Assembly: GCA_041946735.1 (NCBI GenBank)
Contig: JBHGAY010000017.1
Coordinates: 56,009 to 120,008, forward strand
Direction: 5' to 3'
Length of the DNA: 64,000 bases
From: Candidatus Eiseniibacteriota bacterium
GTDB lineage: Bacteria; Eisenbacteria; RBG-16-71-46; CAIMUX01; VGJL01
Shown: positions 19,608 through 29,774 of the stretch, in pieces
Numbering within the stretch: the first letter of the stretch is position 1
How the letters are laid out: every line of letters begins with the position of its first letter
The notes under the pieces: generated by a model
Databases searched by the model: none
Seen by the model: the letters and a program-made list of their open reading frames with translations, nothing else
Told to the model about the DNA's origin: nothing
Program-made: the position numbers and the translations under genes

Positions 19608-21365
19608 TCAGCGGGGCCGGTAGCGGTTGGTGATCGGGTAGCGGCGGTCCTTGCCGAAGGCGCGATGCGTGATCTTGATCCCGGGAGGGGCCTGCCGGCG
19701 CTTGTATTCGCTCGCGTCGACCCAGGCGTACACCTTCCTCGCGATCTCCGGATCGACTCCCGCCGCCACGAGGTCTGCGAGCGGTTCTTCGCGTTCGATC
19801 CTCGCCTCGAGGATCGGATCGAGGATCGGGTAGGGCGGCAACGTGTCGCTGTCCTTCTGATCTTCACGGAGCTCCGCCGAGGGCGGGCGCGTCAAGGTGT
19901 CTTCCGGAATCGTTTCCGTGCCATGGGCGCCGGCGTTCCGCCAGCGCGCCAGCCGGTACACCATCTGCTTCGGAACGTCTTTCAGGACGGCGAATCCGCC
20001 CGCCATGTCGCCGTACAGCGTGCAATAGCCGACGGCAAGTTCGCTCTTGTTGCCGGTCGTGAGGACGAGCCACCCGCGGTGATTCGACAGCGCCATCAGC
20101 AAGTTGCCCCGGATGCGCGCCTGCAGGTTCTCCTCCGTCAGTCCGAGTGGCCCGTCTCCGAGGATCGGAGCGAGCGCCGCCTTGTAGTCGTCGAGCACCG
20201 AATCGATCGGGATCCGCTCGAGGGAGATGTCGAGGTTCGAGGCGAGGTCTTCCGCGCCGGCGAGCGAGGAGGCGGAGGTGTAGCGGCTTGGCATGGTGAG
20301 CCCGTGCACGGCGCCCGAGCCGAGCGCGTCGCACGCGATCACCGCGGTCAACGCCGAATCGATCCCGCCGCTCAATCCCAGCACGATCTCGCGAAAGCCG
20401 TTCTTGCGGACGTAGTCGGCCGTCCCGAGCACGAGCGCGCGATAGATCTCCTCCTCGAGCGATTCGATCGGTGTCACGTTGCGTGCCGGTAGAGCCGGCC
20501 GCTCCTCGTCCGGCTCGGGCGCTCCCACGTCGACGATCTCGCTCCGCAGCTTCCCCTCGATGTCCCGGATCTCCTCGTAGCGGCCGGGACGGTAGACCGG
20601 CTCCCCGCGAGCCGGCCCGACTCTGCCCGCCTGTTCCGGGTCCACGTCGACAAGGATCAGGTCGGTCTCGAACGCCTTGCCTCTCGCCAGCAGGTTGCCT
20701 TCGGGATCGGAAACGAGGCTTCGACCGTCGAAGACCAGCTCGTCCTGACCGCCGACCAGATTGAGATACGCGAGAAAGACGCCATGCTGGCGCGCGCGCC
20801 TCCGGATCAACTCCTCGCGCTCCGCTCCCTTTCCCGCTTCGTAGGGGGAGGAGGAGATGTTGACGAGCACCTGCGCGCCGGCCCGCGCCTGGACCTCGTG
20901 GACGCCGGTCGGGGTCCAGATGTCCTCGCAGACGCTGACGCCGATCCGCCAGGGTCCGAGGACGTAGACGGGGCAGAGGCTCCCCGCCTCGAAGTAGCGC
21001 TTCTCGTCGAACACCCCGTAGTTGGGGAGGCTCGCCTTTGCGTAGACGTGGACCAGCCTGCCGCCGTGCAGCAGCACCGCGGCGTTGACCAAGCCGGTCG
21101 GACCGGAGAACGGCATCCCCACGAGGAGCCTCGGCCCCGGGCGGCGGGCGGCGAGATCGCGGATGCGCGCCTCCGTCTCCTCGACGAAGGGGCCGTAGTC
21201 GAGCAGGTCCTCGGGCGGGTAGCCGGTCACGACCAGCTCCGGGAAGGCGATCAGGTCCGGGCGGTAGGCCGCCGCCCGGTCGATCGCCTCCTCGATCCGC
21301 CGGATGTTCCCCTCGAGATCGCCGACCGTCGGATTGATCTGGGCCAGGGCAAGGCGAAGCGCCAT
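19608..21365 (-). CDS. nadE: Glutamine-dependent NAD+ synthetase
   Basis: Nitrilase domain (FPEL, VCEDIW) plus SGGIDS, ENLQARIRG, TGNKSE...GYCTLYGD and EYKRRQAP motifs. Confidence 0.95.
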   Translation of the reverse strand: MALRLALAQINPTVGDLEGNIRRIEEAIDRAAAYRPDLIAFPELVVTGYPPEDLLDYGPFVEETEARIRDLAARRPGPRLLVGMPFSGPTGLVNAAVLLHGGRLVHVYAKASLPNYGVFDEKRYFEAGSLCPVYVLGPWRIGVSVCEDIWTPTGVHEVQARAGAQVLVNISSSPYEAGKGAEREELIRRRARQHGVFLAYLNLVGGQDELVFDGRSLVSDPEGNLLARGKAFETDLILVDVDPEQAGRVGPARGEPVYRPGRYEEIRDIEGKLRSEIVDVGAPEPDEERPALPARNVTPIESLEEEIYRALVLGTADYVRKNGFREIVLGLSGGIDSALTAVIACDALGSGAVHGLTMPSRYTSASSLAGAEDLASNLDISLERIPIDSVLDDYKAALAPILGDGPLGLTEENLQARIRGNLLMALSNHRGWLVLTTGNKSELAVGYCTLYGDMAGGFAVLKDVPKQMVYRLARWRNAGAHGTETIPEDTLTRPPSAELREDQKDSDTLPPYPILDPILEARIEREEPLADLVAAGVDPEIARKVYAWVDASEYKRRQAPPGIKITHRAFGKDRRYPITNRYRPR

Positions 21366-21458
21366 TCGGATACCTCCGCCGGATCGTAGGGACCGACATC
21401 GAGGGGCGTCAAGGAGAGGGCCCGCCTCAAGGAGCGCTGTCCGCAGGCCGATAGAGGG

Positions 21459-23225
21459 GTGATGCTTCCGACTCCTTCCACGTGGCGCGGCGGCGTTGCC
21501 GGGGCCTTGCTCCTGCTGCCGCCGCTCCTGCTCCTTTGCGGTCCGGCCGGATGCGGGCGACGGCAGCAGACGATCGCCGAGTCGCCCCCGCCTCTTCCCG
21601 GCGGGACGGTGCGCGTGCTGAGCGAGCCGATCGAGGAGTTCGATCCGATCGCCGTCGACGAGGTGTACGAGTCGGTCGTGCTCCGCCAGATCTACGAAGG
21701 GCTCGTGCGTTTCGACCCGAACCTTCGCATCCACCCTTCGCTCGCAACGTCCTGGACGATCTCTCCGGACGGGCTGATCTACACGTTCCGCATCCGCACC
21801 GACGCGTTGTTCCACGACGGGCGCCCGCTGCGCGTCGAGGACGTCGCGTTCTCGCTCCGGAGAGCGATCCGGGGGAACGACGGCGATCCGGGTGTTGCGG
21901 GAAGCTACCTGCGCGGGATCCTTGGCGCCAGTCCCTTCGCGCAAGGACGAAGCGAGGATCTCGCCGGTCTCCGGATCCTGGATGAACGGACGCTCGAGAT
22001 CGAGCTGGAGCGCCCGCTCTCGATCCTCTTGAAGGTCCTCGCCATGGACCAGGCGGCGATCGTGCGCGCGCCGGAGGCCATGGCCGCCGCGGATGCCGCG
22101 ACGCCTTCCGCTGAGGCCCTTGCTGCGGCTTCTGCTGAGGCCCCCGCCGCGACCCCCGCCGCGCATCCCGCCGCGGATCCCGGCGCGGCTCCCGCGATCG
22201 TCGGAACCGGCCCCTTCCATCTCGTTCGCGAGGAGGAGGGAGGCCGCCTCGTCCTCGCGCGCAACGAGCGGTACTGGGGGGAGCCGGCCCTCATCGACAC
22301 CCTCGTGTTCGTTCCCGCCCCGAGTCTTGGCGTCGAGGCCGGCCGCGCGATCCTCGAAGGGTGGGTGGACTTCGCCTCGGTCGGACGCGACGAGATCCAT
22401 CTGCTCCAAACCGCCGGCTACCCGGTCTATCGTTTCCCGGAGCTCTCCTTCGCTTTCCTCGGACTGCGCAACGACCTGCCCCCTTTCGACATCCCGCAGG
22501 TCCGCCGCGCCGTCCTGCTCTCGATCGACCGCGAGGCGCTGCGGCGTCTGAATCCCGAGGCCATCGTGCCGGTCTCGGGGCTTCTCCCGTCGGGAATCTC
22601 GGGACGCGACCCGATCGATCGGATGCCTCGCCTCGACCGCGGAGAGGCGATGCGCCTGCTCGAGCAGGCGGGATATCCCGGCGGGCGCGGGCTGCCGAAG
22701 ATCGTGTTGGGCAGCTCGACCGGCGGCTCGTCGATCCGGACGGCCGAGGCGGTACGGGGGGATCTCCAGAGCGTCGGGTTCGATGTGGAGATCCGGCCTC
22801 TCCGCTGGAGGGCGCTCGACAGCCTCGCCACCGGCGGCGCGCTGCATGGCTTCTTCATGACCTGGGTGGCGGACATTCCCGATCCGGACTCCTTCCTGTA
22901 TGCGCTCTTCCACAGCACGGGAGACGGCAACCTGTTCCGATACCGCTCGGCCCTCGTCGACAGCCTTCTCGAGGCGGGACGCGAGCTGCCCGCCGGAGCC
23001 CCCCGCTCCGACCTCTACCTGCGCATCCAGGAGGGAATCCTTCGCGACGCGCCGATGGTGCCGCTCTTCCAGTCGCTCGAGGCGTACTCGTGGCGGCCGG
23101 AGATCCAGGGGGTCGACATCGGCCCCTGCGGCTTCTCGCTCGTTCCGTTCTCGCGCGTCCATCTACGACAGGCGCCGCAGGAACGGGAAGGACTGTCCGC
23201 GGCACGGGAGGAGAGCGAGCCGTGA
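21459..23225 (+). CDS. Family 5 (OppA/DppA-like) extracellular solute-binding lipoprotein
   Basis: Lipobox-like GPAGC, QIYEGLV...LATSWTISPDGLIYTF, GTGPF and VRRAV..IDRE motifs. Confidence 0.85.
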   Translation: MMLPTPSTWRGGVAGALLLLPPLLLLCGPAGCGRRQQTIAESPPPLPGGTVRVLSEPIEEFDPIAVDEVYESVVLRQIYEGLVRFDPNLRIHPSLATSWTISPDGLIYTFRIRTDALFHDGRPLRVEDVAFSLRRAIRGNDGDPGVAGSYLRGILGASPFAQGRSEDLAGLRILDERTLEIELERPLSILLKVLAMDQAAIVRAPEAMAAADAATPSAEALAAASAEAPAATPAAHPAADPGAAPAIVGTGPFHLVREEEGGRLVLARNERYWGEPALIDTLVFVPAPSLGVEAGRAILEGWVDFASVGRDEIHLLQTAGYPVYRFPELSFAFLGLRNDLPPFDIPQVRRAVLLSIDREALRRLNPEAIVPVSGLLPSGISGRDPIDRMPRLDRGEAMRLLEQAGYPGGRGLPKIVLGSSTGGSSIRTAEAVRGDLQSVGFDVEIRPLRWRALDSLATGGALHGFFMTWVADIPDPDSFLYALFHSTGDGNLFRYRSALVDSLLEAGRELPAGAPRSDLYLRIQEGILRDAPMVPLFQSLEAYSWRPEIQGVDIGPCGFSLVPFSRVHLRQAPQEREGLSAAREESEP

Positions 23226-25267
23226 GCCGAAGAGGATTCGTCATGCCGCTTGCGCGGAGGTTCACGCTCACCTTCGGGGCGTTGATCCTCGTCCTGTTCC
23301 TGGTCGCGAGCCTCCTGCTCGAGCGCCACTTGTCTTCCATGGCGACCAAGCAGACGGAAGCTCGCGTGTGCGGGCTCGCGCGCAGCTTCCTTGCCGTCTG
23401 CACCCCTTCGCTCCTCACCTACGACTACATCACGCTCCAGCAGATCGCCGACGATGCGATGAAGGAGCCGGACGTCGTCCAGGTGGTCATCCTCGACAAG
23501 GAGGGGATGATCGCCGGAATGACCAAGCGCCGGGACCTCCAAGGACGGCGTGCGGACGATCCGATCAGCCTGAGAGGCGCGATCGCGTCGGAAGGGTTCT
23601 TCATCGAGGGGACCGAAGCGGGAGGGAACAGCCTCGAGCGCGTCGAGCCGGTCGTGGGCGAGGACGGCACCCGCTGGGGGACGATCCGCGTCAGTCTCTC
23701 CAATGAATGGGATCGCCGCCAGGCGCGCGAGGCCCGCTTCCTGATCCTCGCGATCGGCCTGGGGGGCGCGCTTCTGGTCGTCGCCGCGTCGCACTTCCTC
23801 GCGCGGCGGATCACGCGCCCGCTCTCCATCCTCCTGGATCAGGCGCAGGGGCTCGCGAACGGCCACTGGGATCCCGAAGCGCGGATCGAGACGGGAGACG
23901 AGATCGAGGTGCTCGCGGCTCGCTTCCGGCAAACCGCCGAGAGCCTCGAGCGGCAGAAGCAGGAGCTGATCCGGGCGCACGACGACCTCGCGGCGTTGAA
24001 CGCGACTCTCGAGGAGAAGGTCCTGCAGCGCACGGCCGAGCTTCGCGATTCGCAAGAGAAGTACCGGCTGCTCGTCGAGGCCTCGCCCGATCCGATCAGC
24101 CTCGTTCAGAAGGGCCGCTTCCGCTACGTCAACCGGGCGTTTCTCGCGACCTTCGGCTACACCGAAGCCCAGGTGACGGCCGATCCTGCGTTCTCCCTCG
24201 AGAAGGTGCTCCATCCCGACTTCGTCCGCGTGGCTGGGGAGGTGGTCGCGCAGGGCGAGCACAGCGGCGAGCCGGTCGACACCGAATGGGTCGGTATCGG
24301 ACGCGGGGGACGCAGCCTCGATCTCCAGGTGCGGGGCCGCCGGATCGTCTACGAGGCGGAGCCGGCGCTCGAGCTGATCTGGTTCGACATGACCGACAAG
24401 AAGCGGCTCCTGCGCCAGGTCGTCCAGAGCGAACGCCTGCGGGCGATCGGCGAGATGACCGGCATGGTCGCTCACAACTTCAACAATCTCCTCTCGGTCA
24501 TCCTTGGTCGGGCGCAGCTGCTCGAGTCGCGAGTCTCGGATCCGGCGCAGAAGAAAGGGCTCGAGATGATCCGCAACGCCGCCACCCAGGGGGCGGAGAT
24601 CGTGAAGCGGATCCAGGAGTACTCCGGCGAAACCAGCGAGGCTCCGTACCGCTCGGTCCAGATCGGCTCTCTGCTGAAGGACGTGATCCTCTACCTCGAG
24701 AACCTCTGGCGGACGGCGGGCGAGGGGCGGATCGGGCCGATCCAGTTCGAGGTCCAGGCGGAGAACGTCCCGCCGGTGCTCGGGTCGGAGGCGCTTCTGT
24801 CCGACGTGCTGAAGCACGTGCTGACCAACGCTGCCGAGGCGATGCCGAAGGGAGGGACGATCCGCGTGCTCGTCCACGAGCTGCGCGACTCGCTCCAGAT
24901 CACCGTAGAGGACTCCGGGGTCGGCATGACGCCGGAAGTGCGGCGCCGCGCTTTCGATCCGTTCTACACCACCAAGGGATCGCGCACGCGCGGGCTCGGG
25001 TTGTCGGCGAGTTACGGGATCATCCAGCGCCATCGCGGTCGCATCGACCTGCGCCCGCTCCAACAGGGCGGCACCGCGGTCGACATCTTCCTGCCGATCC
25101 TGAAGGCCGCGCGCCCCGGGCACGAAGAGGACGTCGATTCCCCCGCTCTCTTCCATACCGAAGAGCAGGAAGCGGCCCGGCGCGCCCTGCGCAAGCTCCG
25201 GCGGCGGCCGGCGGGCGATGCGGAGGAGGAAGGGCCGGCTCCGGACCGTCCCGCCGCTGCGGCCTGA
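23222..25267 (+). CDS. Membrane sensor histidine kinase (HAMP-PAS-HisKA-HATPase)
   Basis: Two TM segments, HAMP DEIEVL, H-box VAHNFNNLL, NAAEAM, DSGVGM, FDPFYTTK and GLGL. GTG overlaps the SBP stop. Confidence 0.9.
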   Translation: MSRRGFVMPLARRFTLTFGALILVLFLVASLLLERHLSSMATKQTEARVCGLARSFLAVCTPSLLTYDYITLQQIADDAMKEPDVVQVVILDKEGMIAGMTKRRDLQGRRADDPISLRGAIASEGFFIEGTEAGGNSLERVEPVVGEDGTRWGTIRVSLSNEWDRRQAREARFLILAIGLGGALLVVAASHFLARRITRPLSILLDQAQGLANGHWDPEARIETGDEIEVLAARFRQTAESLERQKQELIRAHDDLAALNATLEEKVLQRTAELRDSQEKYRLLVEASPDPISLVQKGRFRYVNRAFLATFGYTEAQVTADPAFSLEKVLHPDFVRVAGEVVAQGEHSGEPVDTEWVGIGRGGRSLDLQVRGRRIVYEAEPALELIWFDMTDKKRLLRQVVQSERLRAIGEMTGMVAHNFNNLLSVILGRAQLLESRVSDPAQKKGLEMIRNAATQGAEIVKRIQEYSGETSEAPYRSVQIGSLLKDVILYLENLWRTAGEGRIGPIQFEVQAENVPPVLGSEALLSDVLKHVLTNAAEAMPKGGTIRVLVHELRDSLQITVEDSGVGMTPEVRRRAFDPFYTTKGSRTRGLGLSASYGIIQRHRGRIDLRPLQQGGTAVDIFLPILKAARPGHEEDVDSPALFHTEEQEAARRALRKLRRRPAGDAEEEGPAPDRPAAAA

Positions 25268-25475
25268 GCGCCGCTCCCCCGATCGCCCCGGCGCGCAGCG
25301 CACGCGAAGCGCTCCGGCGGAACAGGACGCGCTTCCGACACCCCCCCGCCAGTTGCGGCCGCGGAAGACCGGATGCTAGCCTGACCTCTCTTGATGCCCG
25401 GCCCGCGTTCATGGTCTGCGGTCCGCGGCGTTCGAGGGGAGGCCGAGACTGTCGATCCACGACAGACACCGGGCG

Positions 25476-26552
25476 GTGTCGCCGGTGCCGGAACTCCAGG
25501 AGCTGGAGGACGGTTGCCTGCGGGCGGACAGAGGTCGCCTGGAGCGGCTCGAACGCGCCATCCACCCGTTCCGGCGGTTCCTCGTGCTGACCCACGACAA
25601 CCCCGATCCCGATTCGATGGCGTCCGCCTGGCTGCTGGGGAAGGTGCTCGGCAAGCTCGGCCGCTCCGTCGCTCTCGCCTATGGCGGGATGGTGGGGCGA
25701 ACCGAGAACCGGGCGATGATCGATGTCCTTCGCCTCCCACTCCGTCCTCTCGCCTCGTTCGATCTCGACTCCTTCGATGCGTTCGGGATCGTGGACGCCC
25801 AGCCGGGGACCGGGAACAACAGCCTTCCTCCAGCGCGTCCCACGATCGTCTTCGATCACCATCCGAGGAGACGCCGCAGGCGCGGCGTCGTGTACGAGGA
25901 CATCCGAGAGGAGTACGGCGCGACGACGACGATCCTCTTCGAATATCTCCTCGCCGCCGGGATCCATCCCGATCGCCGACTGGCGACCGCCGTCTTCCAC
26001 GCGATCCGATCCGAAACGCAGAACCTCGGCCGCGAGGCGGGGCGCGCCGATGCGCGCGCCTTCCTCGCCTGCTTCCCTCTCGTCAACAACCAGGCGCTCT
26101 CGCGGATCGAGAACTCGCGGCTGCCCCGCAACTGGTTCGAGATGATCGACCAGGCGATCGACGGCACTCGCATCTACGGCGATGTCGCCGTCACGCTCCT
26201 CGGACAGATCCCGGTCCCCGACATGGTCGCCGAGTTCGCCGACCTGATCGTCCGCCTCGAGGGGATCGCCTGGGCGCTCTCGATCGGCCGTTACGGCTCC
26301 GACCTGCTCCTCTCGATCCGAACCAACGAGACGGACGAAAACGCGGGCCGGGTCATCCGCAAGATCGTCGCCGGCCAGGGGACCGCCGGCGGCCACGAGA
26401 TGATCGCGGGCGGCAAGCTGACCGGCGCGGCGTCGACCGACGCGCAATCCCGCCGGACGGAGCAGCTCCTCGTGCGCCGGCTCCTCGAGGCGCTTCACAA
26501 GAGAGGGGTCCGGCCGCGGCATCTCAGCCGGGTTCCCGGCCCCGGCCGGTAG
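25476..26552 (+). CDS. DHH/DHHA1 family phosphoesterase (NrnA-like)
   Basis: HDNPDPD, IVDA, FDHH and AGGH motifs. Confidence 0.85.
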   Translation: MSPVPELQELEDGCLRADRGRLERLERAIHPFRRFLVLTHDNPDPDSMASAWLLGKVLGKLGRSVALAYGGMVGRTENRAMIDVLRLPLRPLASFDLDSFDAFGIVDAQPGTGNNSLPPARPTIVFDHHPRRRRRRGVVYEDIREEYGATTTILFEYLLAAGIHPDRRLATAVFHAIRSETQNLGREAGRADARAFLACFPLVNNQALSRIENSRLPRNWFEMIDQAIDGTRIYGDVAVTLLGQIPVPDMVAEFADLIVRLEGIAWALSIGRYGSDLLLSIRTNETDENAGRVIRKIVAGQGTAGGHEMIAGGKLTGAASTDAQSRRTEQLLVRRLLEALHKRGVRPRHLSRVPGPGR

Positions 26553-26729
26553 AGCCCCGCGACCGGCCGGGATCGAAACGATCGCATCGCATAGCGCGCG
26601 GAGGCGCTATGATCGCTCTTCGCAGCCGCACGCCACCACGCGGCCTGCATGCCCGCAGAAGGGCACCCGTGAAGCAGGAGAAGCAGCAGAGCAGCGGGGC
26701 CGCAAGGCCGCAGAGCCAGCGATACGGCC

Positions 26730-26836
26730 GGAAACAGGAAGCAGAAGAAGCAGAAGAAGCAGAAGAATCAGAAGAAGCGAAGAAAAGGCAGAAGAACAAG
26801 CAGCAGCAGAAGAAGTAGAAAAAGAAGAAGGAGAAT
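26730..26836 (+). repeat. Purine-rich simple repeat, (GAAGCAGAA)n-like, upstream of rubrerythrin
   Basis: gaagcagaagaagcagaagaagcagaagaatcagaagaagcg..., ending in the AAGGAG RBS. Confidence 0.8.
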
Positions 26837-26840
26837 CGGA

Positions 26841-27266
26841 ATGGGAAAGGAATTGAAGGGGACGAAGACCCACGAGAATCTCAAGCACGCTTTCTCGGGG
26901 GAGTCGGGGGCGAACCGCCGCTACCTGTTCTTCGCCCGCCAGGCGGACATCGAGGGATATACCGACATCGCCGGGCAGTTTCGCGACACCGCCGAGGGGG
27001 AGACCGGGCATGCGTTCGGCCACCTCGAGTATCTGAAGACGGCGGGCGATCCCGCGACCGATCTACCGATCGGCAAGACGGAGCACAACCTGAAGGCGGC
27101 CGTCGCGGGCGAGACGTACGAGTACACCGACATGTACCCGGCCTTCGCGAAGACCGCGCGCGAGGAGGGGTTCGAGGAGGTCGCCGACTGGTTCGAGACG
27201 CTGGCGCGCGCGGAGCGCTCGCACGCGGGACGCTTCCAGAAGGCGCTGGATGGTCTAGGGAAGTGA
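26841..27266 (+). CDS. Short rubrerythrin (no rubredoxin domain)
   Basis: [22 protein letters not shown] and AERSHA di-iron motifs; 141 aa. Confidence 0.92.
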   Translation: MGKELKGTKTHENLKHAFSGESGANRRYLFFARQADIEGYTDIAGQFRDTAEGETGHAFGHLEYLKTAGDPATDLPIGKTEHNLKAAVAGETYEYTDMYPAFAKTAREEGFEEVADWFETLARAERSHAGRFQKALDGLGK

Positions 27267-27369
27267 CCGGGACCGAGTGGGAGCCGGCCGCTCGGCGGAG
27301 GCGCGGCGCGATCCACGCGCTGCGTTCCGGAGCGGCCGGCCTCCGGCCAGGGAGGGAGGCGCGGGTAGG

Positions 27370-28725
27370 GTGAGTGCGAATCCGGTGAGCGCGACGGCCG
27401 ACGTTCGTGATGCGGGGTTCTGGGATCCGGCGGAGCTGCGCAAGGAGTTCGACCGCGTGGCGGACGTGTGCAACAGCTGCCGCCTTTGCTTCAAGTTCTG
27501 CCCCTCCTTTCCGCGTCTCTTCGATCTTCTCGACGAGAAGGACGGGACGGCGGCCGGCCTCCCCGAATCGGCCGTGCGCGAGGTGGTCGATCTCTGCTTC
27601 CAGTGCAAGCTGTGCAACGTCCACTGTCCCTACACGCCCGACCAGGGCCACCCGTTCGCGATCGACTTCCCGCGGCTGATGCTCCGCGAGCGTCTCGTGC
27701 GCGCGCGGCGCGCTGGGGTGACGTTCCAGGACCGGGTGCTCGGAAATCCGGACCTGATCGGCGCTGTCGGCTCCCTGACCGCGCCGATCTCGAACTTCGC
27801 GATCCGCAGCCGTCCCGTCCGCCTCCTCATGGAGCGAACGGCCGGGATCCACCGCGACCGTGTCCTTCCCTCCTTCGCGAAAGAGACGTTCGACCGATGG
27901 TTCCGGCGCCGCGAGAAGAAACTGCGCAAGCGCGTGTCCGGCTCGGGGGGGAAGGTCGCGCTGTTCGCCACCTGCTCGGTCAACTATCAGGAGCCGTCGA
28001 TCGGCAAGAGCGCGGTCGCGGTCCTCTCGCATCACGACATCCGGGTCGCCGTGCCGGAGCAGCGATGCTGCGGGATGGCCTACCTCGACGGCGGGGACTA
28101 CAACAACGTGATCGAGAACATCCGGTTCAATCTCCGCAGCTTTCGTCGTTTCGTCGAGGAGGGCTGGACCATCCTGGCCCTCCAGCCGACCTGCGGCTAC
28201 GTGCTGAAGAACGACTACCCTTGGCTCGATCCGGGAGACGCGTCGCGAGAGATGGCGTCGGCGACGCAGGACGTGGTCGAGTTCCTGATGCAGCGACATG
28301 CCGAGGGGAAGCTCGACACGAGCTTCCGCCGACCGGCCGGGCGGGTGCTCTACCACCTGCCCTGCCACCTCAAGGCGCAGAACATCGGGTACAAGAGCCG
28401 CGAGCTTTGCGAGCTGATTTCCGGGGAGCCGGTCGAGATGGTCGAGCGCTGCTCGGGGATGGACGGCACCTGGGGGATGAAGCGCGAGTACTTCGACGCT
28501 TCCCGAAAGGTGGCCGCGCCGATCTTCCGCAAGATCCAGGAGGAGCAGCCGGAGCATGTCTGCTCCGACTGCGTCCTGGCAGGACTGCAGATCCGGCAGG
28601 GAAGCGGCAAGACGGTGCGCCATCCGGTCGAGCTGCTGCGCGAGGCGTACGGTCTCCCGCTGGAGATTCCCACGCCCTCGCGCGGAGACCGGACGGAGCC
28701 CGCGCCGTGCGGGGAGGAGCGATGA
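27370..28725 (+). CDS. Rubrerythrin-associated Fe-S oxidoreductase (GlpC/HdrD-like, CCG domains)
   Basis: [27 protein letters not shown] and CSGMDGTWG motifs. Start position uncertain. Confidence 0.85.
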   Translation: MSANPVSATADVRDAGFWDPAELRKEFDRVADVCNSCRLCFKFCPSFPRLFDLLDEKDGTAAGLPESAVREVVDLCFQCKLCNVHCPYTPDQGHPFAIDFPRLMLRERLVRARRAGVTFQDRVLGNPDLIGAVGSLTAPISNFAIRSRPVRLLMERTAGIHRDRVLPSFAKETFDRWFRRREKKLRKRVSGSGGKVALFATCSVNYQEPSIGKSAVAVLSHHDIRVAVPEQRCCGMAYLDGGDYNNVIENIRFNLRSFRRFVEEGWTILALQPTCGYVLKNDYPWLDPGDASREMASATQDVVEFLMQRHAEGKLDTSFRRPAGRVLYHLPCHLKAQNIGYKSRELCELISGEPVEMVERCSGMDGTWGMKREYFDASRKVAAPIFRKIQEEQPEHVCSDCVLAGLQIRQGSGKTVRHPVELLREAYGLPLEIPTPSRGDRTEPAPCGEER

Positions 28726-29309
28726 AGCCGATCGTCCGGGAGGAGATCCTCGACCTGACCGCTTACGAGCGGATCCGGCCCGAGATGCGGCGCGCGGCGA
28801 TCGCCGAGCGGCAGAAGCGGCGAGTCCTGGTCGGGGACAAGATGAGCCTGGTCTTCGAGAACCGCGAGACGGTGCGCTACCAGATCCAGGAGATGATTCG
28901 CGCGGAGCGGATCGTCGAGGCCGCGGCGGTCGATCACGAGATCGAGACGTACAACGAGCTTCTGCCGCGGCCGAACCAGCTCGCTGCGACCCTCTTCATC
29001 GAGGCGGACCCCGACACGATCCGCGAGGACGTCGATCTCTTCCTCGGTCTCGATCGCGGAGAGCACGTCTGGTTCGACTTGGGGGAGGGCATGAGGATCC
29101 TGGCGAGCTTCGCGCCCGGCCAGAGCGAGGAAGGGAAGATCTCCAGCGTCCAGTACATCCGGTTCCCGTTCTCGCCCGAGCAGAAGGAGAGCTTCGCGGC
29201 GGGACAGAACCCGGTCGGCCTGGTCGTCGACCATCCGAACTATCAGGCGCGGACGGTTCTCGATCCGGCGCTTCGCCGCGCTCTCGCGGCCGACCTGGGA
29301 GAGGAGTGA
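28722..29309 (+). CDS. DUF3501 family protein
   Basis: LVFENRETVRYQIQEMIRAE, YNELLP and DHPNY motifs; ATGA-coupled to the Fe-S gene; expected synteny with rubrerythrin. Confidence 0.85.
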   Translation: MKPIVREEILDLTAYERIRPEMRRAAIAERQKRRVLVGDKMSLVFENRETVRYQIQEMIRAERIVEAAAVDHEIETYNELLPRPNQLAATLFIEADPDTIREDVDLFLGLDRGEHVWFDLGEGMRILASFAPGQSEEGKISSVQYIRFPFSPEQKESFAAGQNPVGLVVDHPNYQARTVLDPALRRALAADLGEE

Positions 29310-29641
29310 TCGTGGAGGTTCGCTCCGCCCCCTACGCGAAGCTCGTCCTGGTCTGCGTCAACCTCCGCCCGGCGGACGATCCGCGCGGATCGTGCGCCGC
29401 TCGCGGCGGCCAGGAGGTCTACCAGGAGCTGAAGATGCGGGTGAAGGAGCGCCGGCTCCCGTTCCGCGTGCGCGTCAGCCACACCGGATGCCTCGATCTC
29501 TGCGCCCACGGTCCGATCGTCCAGGTCTGGCCGGCCGGCCGCGTCTATACCGGAGTCCAGGTCTCGGACGTCGAGACGATCCTCGACGCCATCGCCGCCG
29601 ACGACGATCCGATCCTTCCCCCGGAGCCGCCTTTGGCCTGA
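29306..29641 (+). CDS. Thioredoxin-like [2Fe-2S] ferredoxin
   Basis: VCVN...SCA...GCLDLCAHGP...VWP..VY pattern. Confidence 0.85.
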   Translation: MIVEVRSAPYAKLVLVCVNLRPADDPRGSCAARGGQEVYQELKMRVKERRLPFRVRVSHTGCLDLCAHGPIVQVWPAGRVYTGVQVSDVETILDAIAADDDPILPPEPPLA

Positions 29642-29774
29642 GTGCCCGCTCGAGCCGCCTCCTGCCTCAAGCGCGTGCTGGCCCGCCGGAGGACCGGCGA
29701 GCCAGCGCGACAGGGAAGTCATCCGAGCAAGCCAGCCGAGCGCGACGCGCCCGGCTGGACCGTTGCGCGGACTC

